From positions 21,824,001 through 21,888,000 of the forward strand of contig OX597817.1 of assembly GCA_951406725.2 (NCBI GenBank): 64,000 bases of DNA, in the 5' to 3' direction. Every line of letters begins with the position of its first letter. Position 1 is the stretch's first letter. Origin of the DNA: Octopus vulgaris (taxonomy: Eukaryota). Of this stretch, positions 1-12,856 are shown in pieces. The notes beneath the pieces are model-generated. The model did not search any database, was not told the origin of the DNA, and worked only from the letters and a program-made list of their open reading frames with translations. A program made the translations under genes and the position numbers.

Positions 1-391
1 AAAGTAAGGTTGTGTGCTGTCTGTCTCCTACGATCTAGATTCCTAACTACTCCCACGTTTTGCGGTGCAGTTTAACCAAAACCGGGTATCTTATAGTCGT
101 GATTCATATCGAGCCCTTCTGGGTATTAGCGTGCGTCTACGATGAGTCTACGATTTAAAAAAAAATTACCATAATTTTTTTCCATTTTAATGCATTGTTT
201 TCGCTATTATATAAGGGAAGTAACTCTCTAAAAATGTCTACGATGAGTCAACGATTTAAAAAAAAATTACCATCATTTTTCTTCCATTTTTAATGCATTT
301 TTTTTTTGCTATTTTTTGGCTATAACTCTCTAAAAATGCTTATATAGTTATTTCCCTTACAAACCCGAGCAACGCCGGGCGATACTGCTAG
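1..391 (+). mobile_element. Non-autonomous Helitron (3' part; 5' end lies before the window)
   Basis: GC hairpin CCCGAGCAACGCCGGG at 364-379 is followed 8 nt later by CTAG (388-391) and then T, the canonical Helitron 3' terminus. There is an internal ~100-bp-period duplication (gtctacgatgagtc..aaaaattacca at ~135 and ~236). Confidence 0.8.
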
Positions 392-1104
392 TTATTTATA
401 AACAGAAATGGTACTTATGGAATATCTTTCTGAAATTATCTTTCCTGGGTTTTCTTTATATCATTTCGTTGTATGCAAATGTAACAGAAAACTTGCGCGT
501 GTGTGTTGTCCCTGGGAATAAGATATATTTGGTAGCATGGTCATAGAGTCACTGCATGATGGATATTAAAAAGGAGGATAAGTGAGAGTGTGAGAAATAG
601 ACAGGTGCTAAAAAATTTAACGTTACGTTAATAGTATGCGCGCATTCGTTGTGTATATGTGTGTGTATTAGTGATATGTTCTGTTTCGTTGCTATGTTCT
701 GTATGTAATTGATTGTAAAACGATAAGCGTGGGTCAGAGTTATCTTACAGTCATTTGTACATATTGATCTCTTAGTGTTTCAATAATAACGGTTTCCCAG
801 AGACAGGCATTTTATATCAATGAAATATTAATCCCATATTTACTCCTCCTTTCCTTTTCGAGATGTTACATTGACGTGAGAAGATGTGATGCTAGTTCTA
901 TAGACTGAGCGACTGGATACGCGCACGTTCGTTGGTCTGTTAAACAGAATTTTAAGTTACGGGTGCAAAATGAATTAGTACAACAAGATAATTTGACTCA
1001 GAATATCACATATTCTTTTGTAGGACAATCTTCCCCTCATCAAATTTGCCCTACAACGTATTCATAAACAAACATAAGGTTTATAGTAGGTGATATATAC
1101 CCAA

Positions 1105-1492
1105 AAGCGGCGAGCTGGCAGAAACGTTAGCATGCCGGGCGAAATGCTGAGCGGTATTTCGTCTGCCGCTACGTTCTGAGTTCAAATTACTCCGTGGTCG
1201 ACTTTGCCTTTCATCCATTCGGGGTCGATTAAATAAGTACCAGTTACGCACTGGGGTCGATATAATCGACTTAATCCGTTTGTCTGTCCTTGTTTTCCTC
1301 TCCGTGTCTAGCCCCTTGTAGGTAGTAAAGAAATAGGTATTTCCTACGTCGCTACGTTCAAATTCCGCCGAGCTCGACTTTGCCTTTCATCATTTTGGGA
1401 TCGATAAATTAAGTACCAATTATGTACTGGGGTCGATCTAATCGACTAGCCCCGTCCCCAGAATTTGAGGCATTGTCGCTTTAGTAGAAAGG
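1105..1492 (+). mobile_element. tRNA-derived SINE with Meta-like central domain, partly dimeric
   Basis: A-box-like TGGCAGAAACGTTAG and B-box GAGTTCAAAT. The motif GCCTTTCATCC.TTCGGGGTCGAT.AAAT.AGTACCAG occurs twice (~1206, ~1382). Candidate TSD ATATACCC at 1095-1102 and 1493-1500. Confidence 0.85.
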
Positions 1493-2527
1493 ATATACCC
1501 CATTTAGAGCGATCAAATATAATGTTTCGGAAATTTGATTTTTAACCTGTTCAAACAACCATATTTCTGTCTCCATGTATATCTCTCCATTTGTATATCT
1601 ATTATTACACACCCAATTACGGAAATATATAAACACAAACTTACATATACATACAAAGTATATATTGAGTTTGTGTAAATGATTACTATTATGATTATAT
1701 TTATACGTTCATACGTTAATTTCGTATGTATATATGCACTGCTCCTATTACCCGAACACAAACCTAAATACATTCATATACAATAATAGCAGACGTTAAT
1801 AAACTTATATAAACTAATAAAGGAAAACAGATTTCATTATATTTCATTAGAGATAAAAAAAATAAAAAAATAGAAAAGATATAACAAATACACAAAACAA
1901 AAAAAGCAAACAGCAATACAAAGCTAAAACAATGTCCCCAATAATATTTCCAATCAAATAATAAGAACGAGGGACATTAGTATTGAAAGTATTTCTCTAA
2001 AAGCATAAATGTGTCTGTTTTTTTTTCTCTTTTTGGATTGTTATATGCTTTTTGCGTGTTTTTGTTTCTTCCTATTAGTACTCCATTACTTTGTTCTTTA
2101 ATATTTGATACTTCTACTTAAAAGATAACATTTTTCTGCTAAAAAGCGAGACTATGGTTAATTCAAGTTCTTTAATAATTAGCCACATTTTCTATTGTCT
2201 CAATCTGAATGTAGCAACAACGAAAACAAAAATAAATTATAATGACAACAATGTTGATAATGACATCGAAAAATCAACGTCAATGGTGACCATGATTATG
2301 AGGTTGTTAGTGATGATGTGGAATATACGATGATTAATGATGGATGTAATAATGTAGCGATACTACTACAAATAATAATAGTACTAAAAGTATATATTGA
2401 TAACAATTATTATAACTGTAATAATAATAATAATATCAATAATGATACTGATAGCTAAATAGAAACGATTAATAAAATAAACAATAATAATATCAACAAT
2501 AATATTTATCATAAACGGTATTCACAC

Positions 2528-2554
2528 CATTATTATTATTGTTGTTGCTGCTGC

Positions 2555-2586
<32 letters not shown>

Positions 2587-2772
2587 TTGTTGTTGTTGTT
2601 GTTATAAATGAAATACAGCTCTCGAAATTGTTGATGATCAATGTGATAACAGTGTTAACAGCAAAAACAAGTGTTACGACAAAACATCAATAAATAATAA
2701 TCGCAATATTAATAATATAAACAACAACAACAACAACAACAACAATAATAATAATAATAATAGCAACAAAAA

Positions 2773-2806
<34 letters not shown>

Positions 2807-2990
2807 GCAACAACAATAATTATAATAATGATAATAATAATAATAATAATTATAATAATAGAAGAAGAAGAAGAAGAAGAAGAAGAAGAAGAAGAAGAAG
2901 AAGAAGAAGAAGAAGAAGAAGAAGAAGAAGAAGAAGAAGAATGAAAAGAAGAAGAATAATAAAAACAACAAAGATAATAGTAATGTTAGT
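2528..2990. repeat. Compound trinucleotide microsatellite (TTA/TTG ... AAC/AAT/AAG)
   Basis: Directly visible; produces the poly-F/poly-Y ORF artefact 2687..3184. Confidence 0.95.
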
Positions 2991-4254
2991 ATTATGATAT
3001 TAATTCTAGATTGGGTTATAACATTTAAACAAAAGTCGTTTTGCGTCTTTTTGTGTACATAGTTCACATAACACTCACAGTCACGCAAACAAATATATTC
3101 ATATACGTCTATATAGGTATATATGCTCGTGTGAATACACTCTTTATTTGTATTGTATTCGGTCTTTTGGTTTTGAAGCCGCATTTATCAAAACTTCATA
3201 AATACACTATGAACCTTTTAATTACTATTTCATGATAATGGAATTATCATTTATGAGACAGTGTCTATAAACACCTATGACCGTCTCCATACGTCATTAT
3301 CCTTTCAAACACACACACACACATACAAACACAAACAATCATAACTACACTTGCAAGCACATCCAAGCAGACGTAAAAGAAAACCAAACAGAAAGATGAA
3401 CATACGGCTCTTGGAATTTCTACTTGCTTAAACATACAGATTCAACATAGACAATATGCTTCATTAAATGGTTAGTTTGTTTTATGACTTAAGGTTTGTA
3501 TGGCAATCGCTCCTGGGTGGTATGGTTAATTGTCCAATTGTGGCTACCTTGTGTGTCTTGAAGGTACAGGCATTGCGGTACGTTAAAGATACAGCTATTC
3601 CTGTGCGACTATGAATTTCCCCTCGCAGATGCTTCATTCAAGCTTGAGCTTTGGTACAAATGTTTCATGCCAAGGGCTCAGGCTAACCCCTGGCTTGTAA
3701 ATAAAGTGGTGTGGTTTCATATTGTAGATAATTTCCTCACAGCACCCATATTTTTTCTTGAGAGATACATATAGCCAGTCATTATTAAATCGGTGTACTG
3801 GGTTTAAAAGTTAGGCAGTGTATGTTTTCAGCGGAATCCAGGCTATTGCAACCATTCGGGAGAGTTTTTTGGTGGGTGGGGGTGGGGGGTTTAAATTTTA
3901 TTTTTGGTCTGGGAATAATTCAAATTTCTTCTGCAGCTCTATTTCCTTCTATAGCAATTTTCTTTCTATCTGCACTCTCATGTCTCAGAAAACCTTAAAC
4001 TATATTTGCTGTCTGTGTCTCTCATCGTTTTGCTGTCATATGAACCCTGCTCCATATTCACACTCTCTGTCTCACGTGATTTATTCCCATCTCTCTCTTA
4101 CTATATTTACCTTTGAAATAAATTTCTCTGGAGCTGATCACATATTAATTAATTTTCTGCGAGTTTTCCCATTTCGCTTTCTACCTAACTTTGTTAAGCA
4201 CACATCCTTCTTATTTACTTCTCTGTCAACTTCTTTCTATCACTGTTTCTTAAT

Positions 4255-4644
4255 GTGGGATGGAAGCACTCCGTCGGTTACGACGATGAGGGTTCCAGTT
4301 GATCCGAATCAACGGAACAGCCTGCTCGTGAAATTAACGTGTAAGTGGCTGAGCACTCCACAGACACGCGCACCCTTAACGTAGTTCTCGAGGACATTCA
4401 GCGTGACACAGAGAGCGACAAGGCCGGCCCTTTGAAATACAGGTACAACAGAAACAGGAAGCAAGAGTGAGAGAAAGTTGTGGTGAAAGAGTACAGCAGG
4501 GATCACCACCATCCCCTGCCGGAGCCTCGTGGAGCTTTTAGGTGTTTTCGCTCAATAAACACTCACAACGCCCGGTCTGGGAATCGAAAACGCGATTCTA
4601 TGACCGCGAATCTGCTGCCCTGTCCACTGGGCCATTGCGCCTCC
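4255..4644 (-). mobile_element. Full-length tRNA-derived SINE (body A + tail X) with 10-bp TSD
   Basis: Minus strand starts GGAGGCGCAATGGCCCAGTGG (A box) and contains TTCGATTCC (B box). Perfect TSD GTTTCTTAAT at 4245-4254 and 4645-4654. A near-identical copy lies at 63684-64000. Confidence 0.92.
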
Positions 4645-4884
4645 GTTTCTTAATATATCGTTCTTTCAAATCAAAATTATGTTCTATTTATATTTTTTTT
4701 ATGTACCCCTCTCTTTCCTGCTCCCCCTGTCTCTCTTTCTCCATTACTTCAAGTCTCGCCAAAAACACACTTCACTCATAGAATTATTACTCTCTTTTCT
4801 CATTCATGTTGTATATCTAGGTGACTATTCTTACATCTTTCACCGTAAATTATTTATACATATATATGTTGCTGTACGTACGCG

Positions 4885-4928
4885 TATATATATATATATC
4901 TATATATATATATGTATATATATATATG

Positions 4929-4969
<41 letters not shown>

Positions 4970-4970
4970 A

Positions 4971-5025
<55 letters not shown>

Positions 5026-5076
5026 AATATATATATATATGTAAATATACACGCATATATATGCGTATAGATATAT

Positions 5077-5108
<32 letters not shown>

Positions 5109-5125
5109 GTTTCTGTATATATGCA
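4885..5125. repeat. (TA)n/(TG)n microsatellite
   Basis: Directly visible. Confidence 0.95.
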
Positions 5126-8100
5126 TGTACCTAGGTATGTATGCATTTGCTCTTTAGTTTTATGAGTTCACTGCATCTGTTTACTTCAATAAAATTCTTT
5201 ATATTCTTCTCGAAATATTCTTGTTGTTCCGCTCTCTTTCTCTCTCTTTCTTGACTTCCCTTTAGCTCTTCTTTGTAAATGTCTGTATCTCCTGTATCTC
5301 GCTTTTCTTTTTTCTCTACGTATGAAGTCTGTGTCACTCTCACACACATTCTCTCTGCGTGTAAATGTGTGTATATATAATGAATAATCTATTTATAAAA
5401 ATCCATAAAATTATTTCCACACTTTCAAGCAATTGTTGTCCTTTTCTAATATTGATTTCAAATGAAAGGAAACTTTTTAGCTTGGTAATTGTTAAACTAA
5501 AAATAAATTAAATAAAAAGCATTAATTTACTGAACAAAAAATATCAATTTATAAAAATAAGTAAATATTAAGAAAAAAATAACGGGTAGAACAATAACAA
5601 CGTGAATAGTCGACCATAGTTAATAACCTCAATGTTTTTTCTTTTCTTTTTTTCTTTTTGTTTTCTCTCTTAGTTCACTCTCTTCATCTTTTGTATGTTT
5701 GAAATAAAGAAATAGTCACTGCGGTCGAGCAGTCATTACTCATTACAAAAATAATTAAATATATAAATTCATAAAAATGTAAAAATCTTACAGTCAGCCA
5801 TATTGAACTTGTGTAACATGAAAAATGTCACATTGAAATCAATAGAATAAGTGAAACAACAAGGTAATATGAGAACGAACTGGTGTGGGATAACGTGCAT
5901 GAACAAGTAGAGATGGAGAGAGAGAGAGACAGAAGAGGTGAATTAGAAAAGACATACAGAGGGAAAATAGAAGAAAGAGTAAGTAGCGGTGAAAGGTAGT
6001 GGACGAGAGTAGAAGTGTGAAATGTGTGAATAGTTATGAATATGCTCAGGGACGACATTTTGTCTTGAAAATAGTGAAACTAGAGGGCGATACGAGATAA
6101 AAGTTATATACGTAGGAAGACAGATGAAGATAATAAAATGGTCAGGGGAAAATCAGTCAGAGGGAAATAGGATAAAAAAGTGAAATTTGTTTTAGTGTTC
6201 TTTATAATGAAGACATGATGATGCTGTTATACTAAGAAATTATGTTAATAACAGGAAGATGATAACAGCGACCTGGACAGTTTTGATGGAAATGATGACG
6301 TATGAGTATTCTGAAGAAAACACACAAGGCGGACATAAATAGACTGACACAAATACAGACTAAGATTAGTAGGTTGAAACAATGTAGAAAGAAAGCAGGT
6401 AAAAATAAAATCAAAGGATAAAGAATTATAGCTATGTAGACAGAAATAAAAGAATGAAGAAACAAGCGTGGAAATAGAGAAAACAACAGAATATGAAGTA
6501 TGAAATAATTACGGGAAGTGGCGAGAGAGGATGGGAAAACGCTGAAAGGAAGAATTGTGACAAAAAAAAAAGGAATGAGATAGTGGATGAAGAAGTAAAT
6601 GGAGGAGGGGAAGTGAATAAAAAGAGGAGAAGGAGCTGTTGCTAAATGGGAGCTAGTAACATGTTTAAGGAATGACTCTGACATGACGAAGTTACAAGTC
6701 AGAAAGGATTTTAGGAAAAATCAATTATAAGATATTAGAAAGTAAAAGATATAATTATATATTTATGAAAGTGTTTGAGCGAATACTGGATGAAAGAAAG
6801 AGAAGATGAAGAAGCAATGGTCGAATATAAAGATTTCTAATTCGGGGATAAGACCGACAATGTTGAGGGAACGGTTTAGTCTGGAACCCAACTCCACAAA
6901 GAAAGGTTACTTTATTTTATCGACAAAAAAAAAACGCGAAGAGATTTGCAACAAGAATGTAAAGACACATAAAATAGAAACACTAACGTCTTAATATGCC
7001 GAAAAAATGTTAGAAATATTACGAATTTAGAATTCAAAGATGTATACATAATTTATTTGAGAAACCATATATGCAAATGATTCAGAAGAGAGAGTTTTGA
7101 GAGAGAAAGGGAGACTGATAGAGATTATGTTGATATTTAAGAACTTATATTCCCGTTAGACATTTAGAATAATTATTATTCAGAAAAGTATATATTTCAT
7201 ACGTTCTCGATGTTGGTTGTATTTAATAAACATGTTACTCACTAATTGACTGTTGTATTTTTCTATCTATAATATACACGTAATGTCTTTTGATATATCA
7301 GCCTGCGTATGTGAGTGCGTATGTGAATGCGTAAGGTTTATCTTCTCAATGAATACGTTTGAATTCGTGTATGAATTATTTTCCTATCTGAGCAGGAGCA
7401 ACATAGTAATGCGGTGCAATCCGCTATTTAACCTCAGATTAGCTCTCATCGAAAAGGTACATGGTTGAAGGTATTTCTGTTATAACCCTTCAAGTATGTT
7501 TAGAAATATCGTTAACTATATTATGGAACATGTACTCCCGGTTTTAGGATGCATGAGAATGGTTGTGAATTTAAATAGTCAACTTGATAGAAAGCGATGC
7601 TGACCGCAAAATTCGTTTAACTCTTGAAGTTGAATTTACACATCCCCCAAATCATGTAAATACGTTTTTGGGGTACAGATATCAGAAATTTATATAAGAA
7701 ACTATATATTATGAATTATATAACAATATAATTTGCTTTTACGTTTAGTTATCGTACTTTGTTATTTTATAGAATTTGCTCACTACACTTATATCATAAT
7801 TATAATGCAAAGAGTAACGCTTTCATAGTCATGCGTATATATTTACAGGTATATCGAAAGGGCAGTCATCAAATATCAATATTTTTTTGCGCTCCCTTTC
7901 ACAGTTCAACGTGTTTGTTCTTCATTGTAATTCGTAAATTTTAGACAATTCTACGAATGCTATTTGTTATTTCAGTTCTACGAAATTCATTTCATTTCTT
8001 ACCGAACACATTACTATTAATTCTGTGGAAATTTTATTGCTGTATGTTTTTTTTTCACCAGAAAATACAATAGCCGAACAGATAGAGGAGTACCCGATTA

Positions 8101-10774
8101 CCTAAGAGCATAGTGGTTCGTTTGATTTATTTGACCGCTGTCACTTGTTGCTGTATAGTCATAGACGAATCTGATAGAAAATATCTGTAAGGGAAGGAAT
8201 TATTCTTTCAACTTAAGAGGCGACTTCTTGGGGTTTTTTGTGAGTAACCGAGGAATGGTGCTACGTTGATTTCATTGACACTTTAACATTAATTAATTTT
8301 TGTCATCTAGATGCCCGAGCAAAGGTATTTTACCTAAAATATTCGAGTATCATGTAACTCTCTCGCAGTAATTATCTTCCTTTATTTATGTTTCAGAATA
8401 GTATGCCTAGAAGTATATAATTGGAGGACTTCATTTTTCGAACAATAGGGTGTTATTTGTAGCATCTCAATTAACTTGCTTCTTAACTGATCTGTGCTAC
8501 GCTGTATACGCTTGGGATTAATACACATATCTCTAATGAATCAGTCCATTTAGCCACAAATATGTATCATGTGGTATGATCCAACTCTGCTTCACAAAGT
8601 GGATGGTGGTTCTATTGATACAAATGACACATTAGAGGTCAAGGCCAAGACCCCCTTGTCTTGTAGGAAAAGCTACTTGCGCTACGTTATGAACACTCTC
8701 CTGGAGAAGACTAACATATTTTTCAGTGTATAAGCCGCTATTTTTTATCTGGGAAATTGAGTGAGCGGATTATAGAAAGGTGCGCCTAATGTGTGTAATT
8801 TTTTATATATTTCAGGAAGAAAATAATTTGTGTATAGTGATCGAATGATTCCACCGATTTTTTTCAGAGGTCGGTCGGTGAACAACGTGAAAGACTGCTG
8901 CTACAGTACAGTGGTGCCTGGAAGAAAACAAACCATATTTGTTTTGTTTTATCTTTATGCTTTGATGATTTAAAAAAAAAAATCTAATATAGATTTCAAT
9001 ATTGATGAAATGTATTTGTTGTTGATAAAATCATAACAATACATCTCATAGTTGTAAAATAGGCATTTTGAAACTATATACACGTCAACAACAAAAAAGC
9101 TAGCTGTGGACCCGTAGCTCTGTAGGTCTTTTAAATACCGGTGATTTATGTTTGGATAAGATCAAAATTTTCCCCAAAATTCGACCCTGTAGATTAAATA
9201 CTAATGCGTGTTATAGACCGGAAAATACGGTAATTCTCACCCTCTTCAATGTTCAGAAACTGAAAAATAACATTAGCAGAAAAGAGTAATTTTTCCAGAA
9301 ATTAAAATGTAACAATACTCTTGGTTGCTTTAACGTAGTACATTAGAGTCGTCGAGTATTTCCTTGCGTAAAGCTGTCAGTCGGTCTCTCATGAAGAGAT
9401 TCAAGAAACCTGAATGTTTTTGCGTTTTGAGATGTTATAAGTAACAGAGACGTTATGGGTAAGATTTTGGGTGGTATAAACTCAATAATACTTATTTGTA
9501 GGAGTGTGTATGAATGTATGTTGCTCTGCGAGTCTAGAAAGAGCTTACTGGTTAAAATCGTTTCCGATTCCATCATAATGCTTTTTGTCTTGGGTCTGTG
9601 ACTGTTGGTCGGTCCTGATTTTGTGAGTGAATTTGAGTAAGCGCATACGGAAGAGGTACAATACTCGCTGTTAAAGGCGAAGAGAAATTCATAGACGTTA
9701 TTATGATATTCATTATACATCTATGTGTAATGAGTGGTTAAATATTATTTCCAGCTCGATATCTCTAATAACTGACAAGAAAGTAATAGCAACTAATATA
9801 TACAATTATTGTTTTTGCCTTTCTTGTTGATTTTGTTCAGCCCCCGACCACGTACACATTCCATTGGTTATTTGCATAAACGTGCGTACGAAAAGTATTA
9901 TGAAAATTGAAATCGCTGTATAATAATCTCATATATGGTTAAGTTAATTGCTTGATTGATTATTATCCATTTTTAAAAGTCGATTTAGATTTGCATTTTG
10001 AGCTTCGATGAGTTTATGTGAGCAAAATCAATGAGTGTATATAAACATAGAAATATAACTTTTAAGGTAAATTTTTCTCCAAGGTATCAGATAAACCATT
10101 TGCTGCTGTAAAAGCTCGTGCAGCTTCCCAGAATGTTGATCCACCTAAAATAGGTCGCACATGAAGAAAAGAGCACCTGCGTATACATATAGACGAATAC
10201 GATAGAAAAAGCATTCAACTTTCTACTATTTGCTTCCACAGGATCTTGATCGTGGTGGGTATTTGTATGGAATTGCTAGCATGCTTCTGCTTGTCCCTCG
10301 CCGGTTGACAATGAGTTCTGGTATGTTAATTAGAAAGAGACAATGAAGTGTCCAGGACACAAAATGGGAAAGCTTTAGCCTTTTAATCACAGAAATGAGA
10401 CAACCTAAAAGTACACTAGACGACAGGTCAAATCTGGCAAGCTGAACGAAATAGTAAATATGAGAATATATAATCGGTAAACCTTAATCAGTTGAAAAGA
10501 ATTGCAGAAAATTGAGAAATGGTTTTGTTCTTCGAGTGGTCCAGAGTAAAAAATAGAACAAAGAAGCCAGATGGGAGATCGAAAGAATTGGAGAGGAAAG
10601 GATAGTATGGAAAGGGATTGCATGTATGACTGCAAATAGATATGATTTATGTATCTTTGGGAATATTTGTATATTAATGTTTATTTAAATGTAAGCGACT
10701 GAGTACGTATATACGTGTGTGTATCCACACGCATGTGTTCCTAACATCTTTGTTTTACATATTGGTTGTATCAA

Positions 10775-10945
10775 GGCTGCAAGGCGGCAGATTTATTAGC
10801 CTATTGGAGAATAAGCTTAGTGTGTGTGTCTTCTGATTCATTCAGAATCGATAAAATAAGCAGCTACTAAACACTGGGGTTGATGTCACTCACTAACCCT
10901 TCCTCTCAAAATTGCTGGCCTTGGACCAAAATTAGAAAGGATCAT
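10775..10945 (+). mobile_element. Degraded Meta-type SINE fragment
   Basis: tcgataaaataag...cactggggttgat...aaaattgctggcctt...ttagaaagga matches the 1105-1492 family. Confidence 0.6.
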
Positions 10946-11379
10946 TTGTTACAGTAATACCACTTTTGATTTTAAAGTCTTTAAAGCCAAAGAGAAATAT
11001 CAGAATAAATGTAGAGGCCAATACAAATCAACAACACAAATAGCCTATGATGTATGACCCTGTTTAAGCTTCACATACTAATGATAACTACTTACACAGA
11101 TAATTTCCTACTTGAATGTGTAGAAGAGACAAATACCTGACAAGAAAACAATCCCCCTTACAACAGCCGATCACTCTCCACATGCATAAATGGAAGGCTG
11201 AAGTATAAATAAATAGCGAAATATGTATAATTAATAAAACAAAAGCGTCGCTGAGTCTCATAACATTGTGCCCATTATATTTCCTCTAAGCACTTACTCT
11301 CTATATATCATCTCTGTTCTTCATATGTCCCTATAAAGACTTCTCTCCTTCCCTTTCTTACTCTCTCTTTCGCTCCGAA

Positions 11380-11509
11380 TATATATATACATACATATGC
11401 AAAGAGAGAGAAAGAGAGAGAGTCACGTTTCTATCTACCTTGCTACATATTACGTATGCATAGATATATGTATATATATATATGTATGCATATGTATATG
11501 TATGTATAT

Positions 11510-11570
<61 letters not shown>

Positions 11571-11643
11571 CATATATATATATATACATACATATATATA
11601 TATATACATATATATACATGTATATATATATATACACATATAT

Positions 11644-11691
<48 letters not shown>

Positions 11692-11756
11692 GCATATATA
11701 TATATACAATACACATACATATATATACATATATATATGCATACATATGTATATAC

Positions 11757-11789
<33 letters not shown>

Positions 11790-11790
11790 C
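11380..11790. repeat. Imperfect (TA)n/(CA)n microsatellite
   Basis: Directly visible. Confidence 0.95.
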
Positions 11791-12409
11791 CCATCTCCCC
11801 ATCTTTCTCTTCTTTCTGTCGTCCTCATCTTTCTTTCTCCTTCTTTTCTCAAAAACTCTTACTTTTTAGTTCTCTTTTATATGCTATGACTTCTTGCTTC
11901 TCTTTTCAAATGGACATTTTAATCCGTTTGACAATCTGAGATTGTCCGCTCAAATCCTATTATTTCTCCTTTGATCTTAAATATAATCTTCTTACGAACG
12001 AGTTTTCCTTTCGTTTTGTTCATTTTATTTTTATATGCTCTACTAATATATTTTTTTCTTTTTATTTGCCTTCCACGTGGATTCTTTTACTATATCATTC
12101 ACCATTTTTCTCTTTCTATCTATCTTTCTCTTTTTAATGCATTATACGCATATGTACACACACACTCACGCACACATCTGTGCGTATGTGCATTTTCTCT
12201 TCTGTCTGTCTATTCAAAAATCTGTGTTTGTAACACTTTCTCTGTACTTCGATAAGTCAGTCTACTTTTAGCAACCTGTTTCTCCTTGTTTATTCATGTT
12301 ACTGTATTGTTTCTCCTCTTGCTTTTGTTGTTGTTGTTCCTCCTCTCTTTCATTTCCTCTTGCTTTTTCCCACCTGCATTTCTTGAAGAGTTTGATCCGT
12401 TTCAGGCTT

Positions 12410-12856
<447 letters not shown>

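Noticed and set aside
4309-4512. Near-identical small ORFs at 4309..4512 and 63736..63942 suggesting a gene family
   Set aside because: Both lie inside copies of the same SINE.
4570-4644. tRNA-like sequences (also at 1105, 15825, 25330 and 50540)
   Set aside because: These are SINE heads with A/B boxes, no full cloverleaf, and continuous with SINE bodies.
9100-9128. Possible minus-strand Helitron end (weak hairpin + CTAG)
   Set aside because: The hairpin is imperfect and the base after CTAG is C rather than T.
9343-9720. 125-aa non-repetitive minus-strand ORF
   Set aside because: No recognisable motif or splice context; length is compatible with chance or an old TE.
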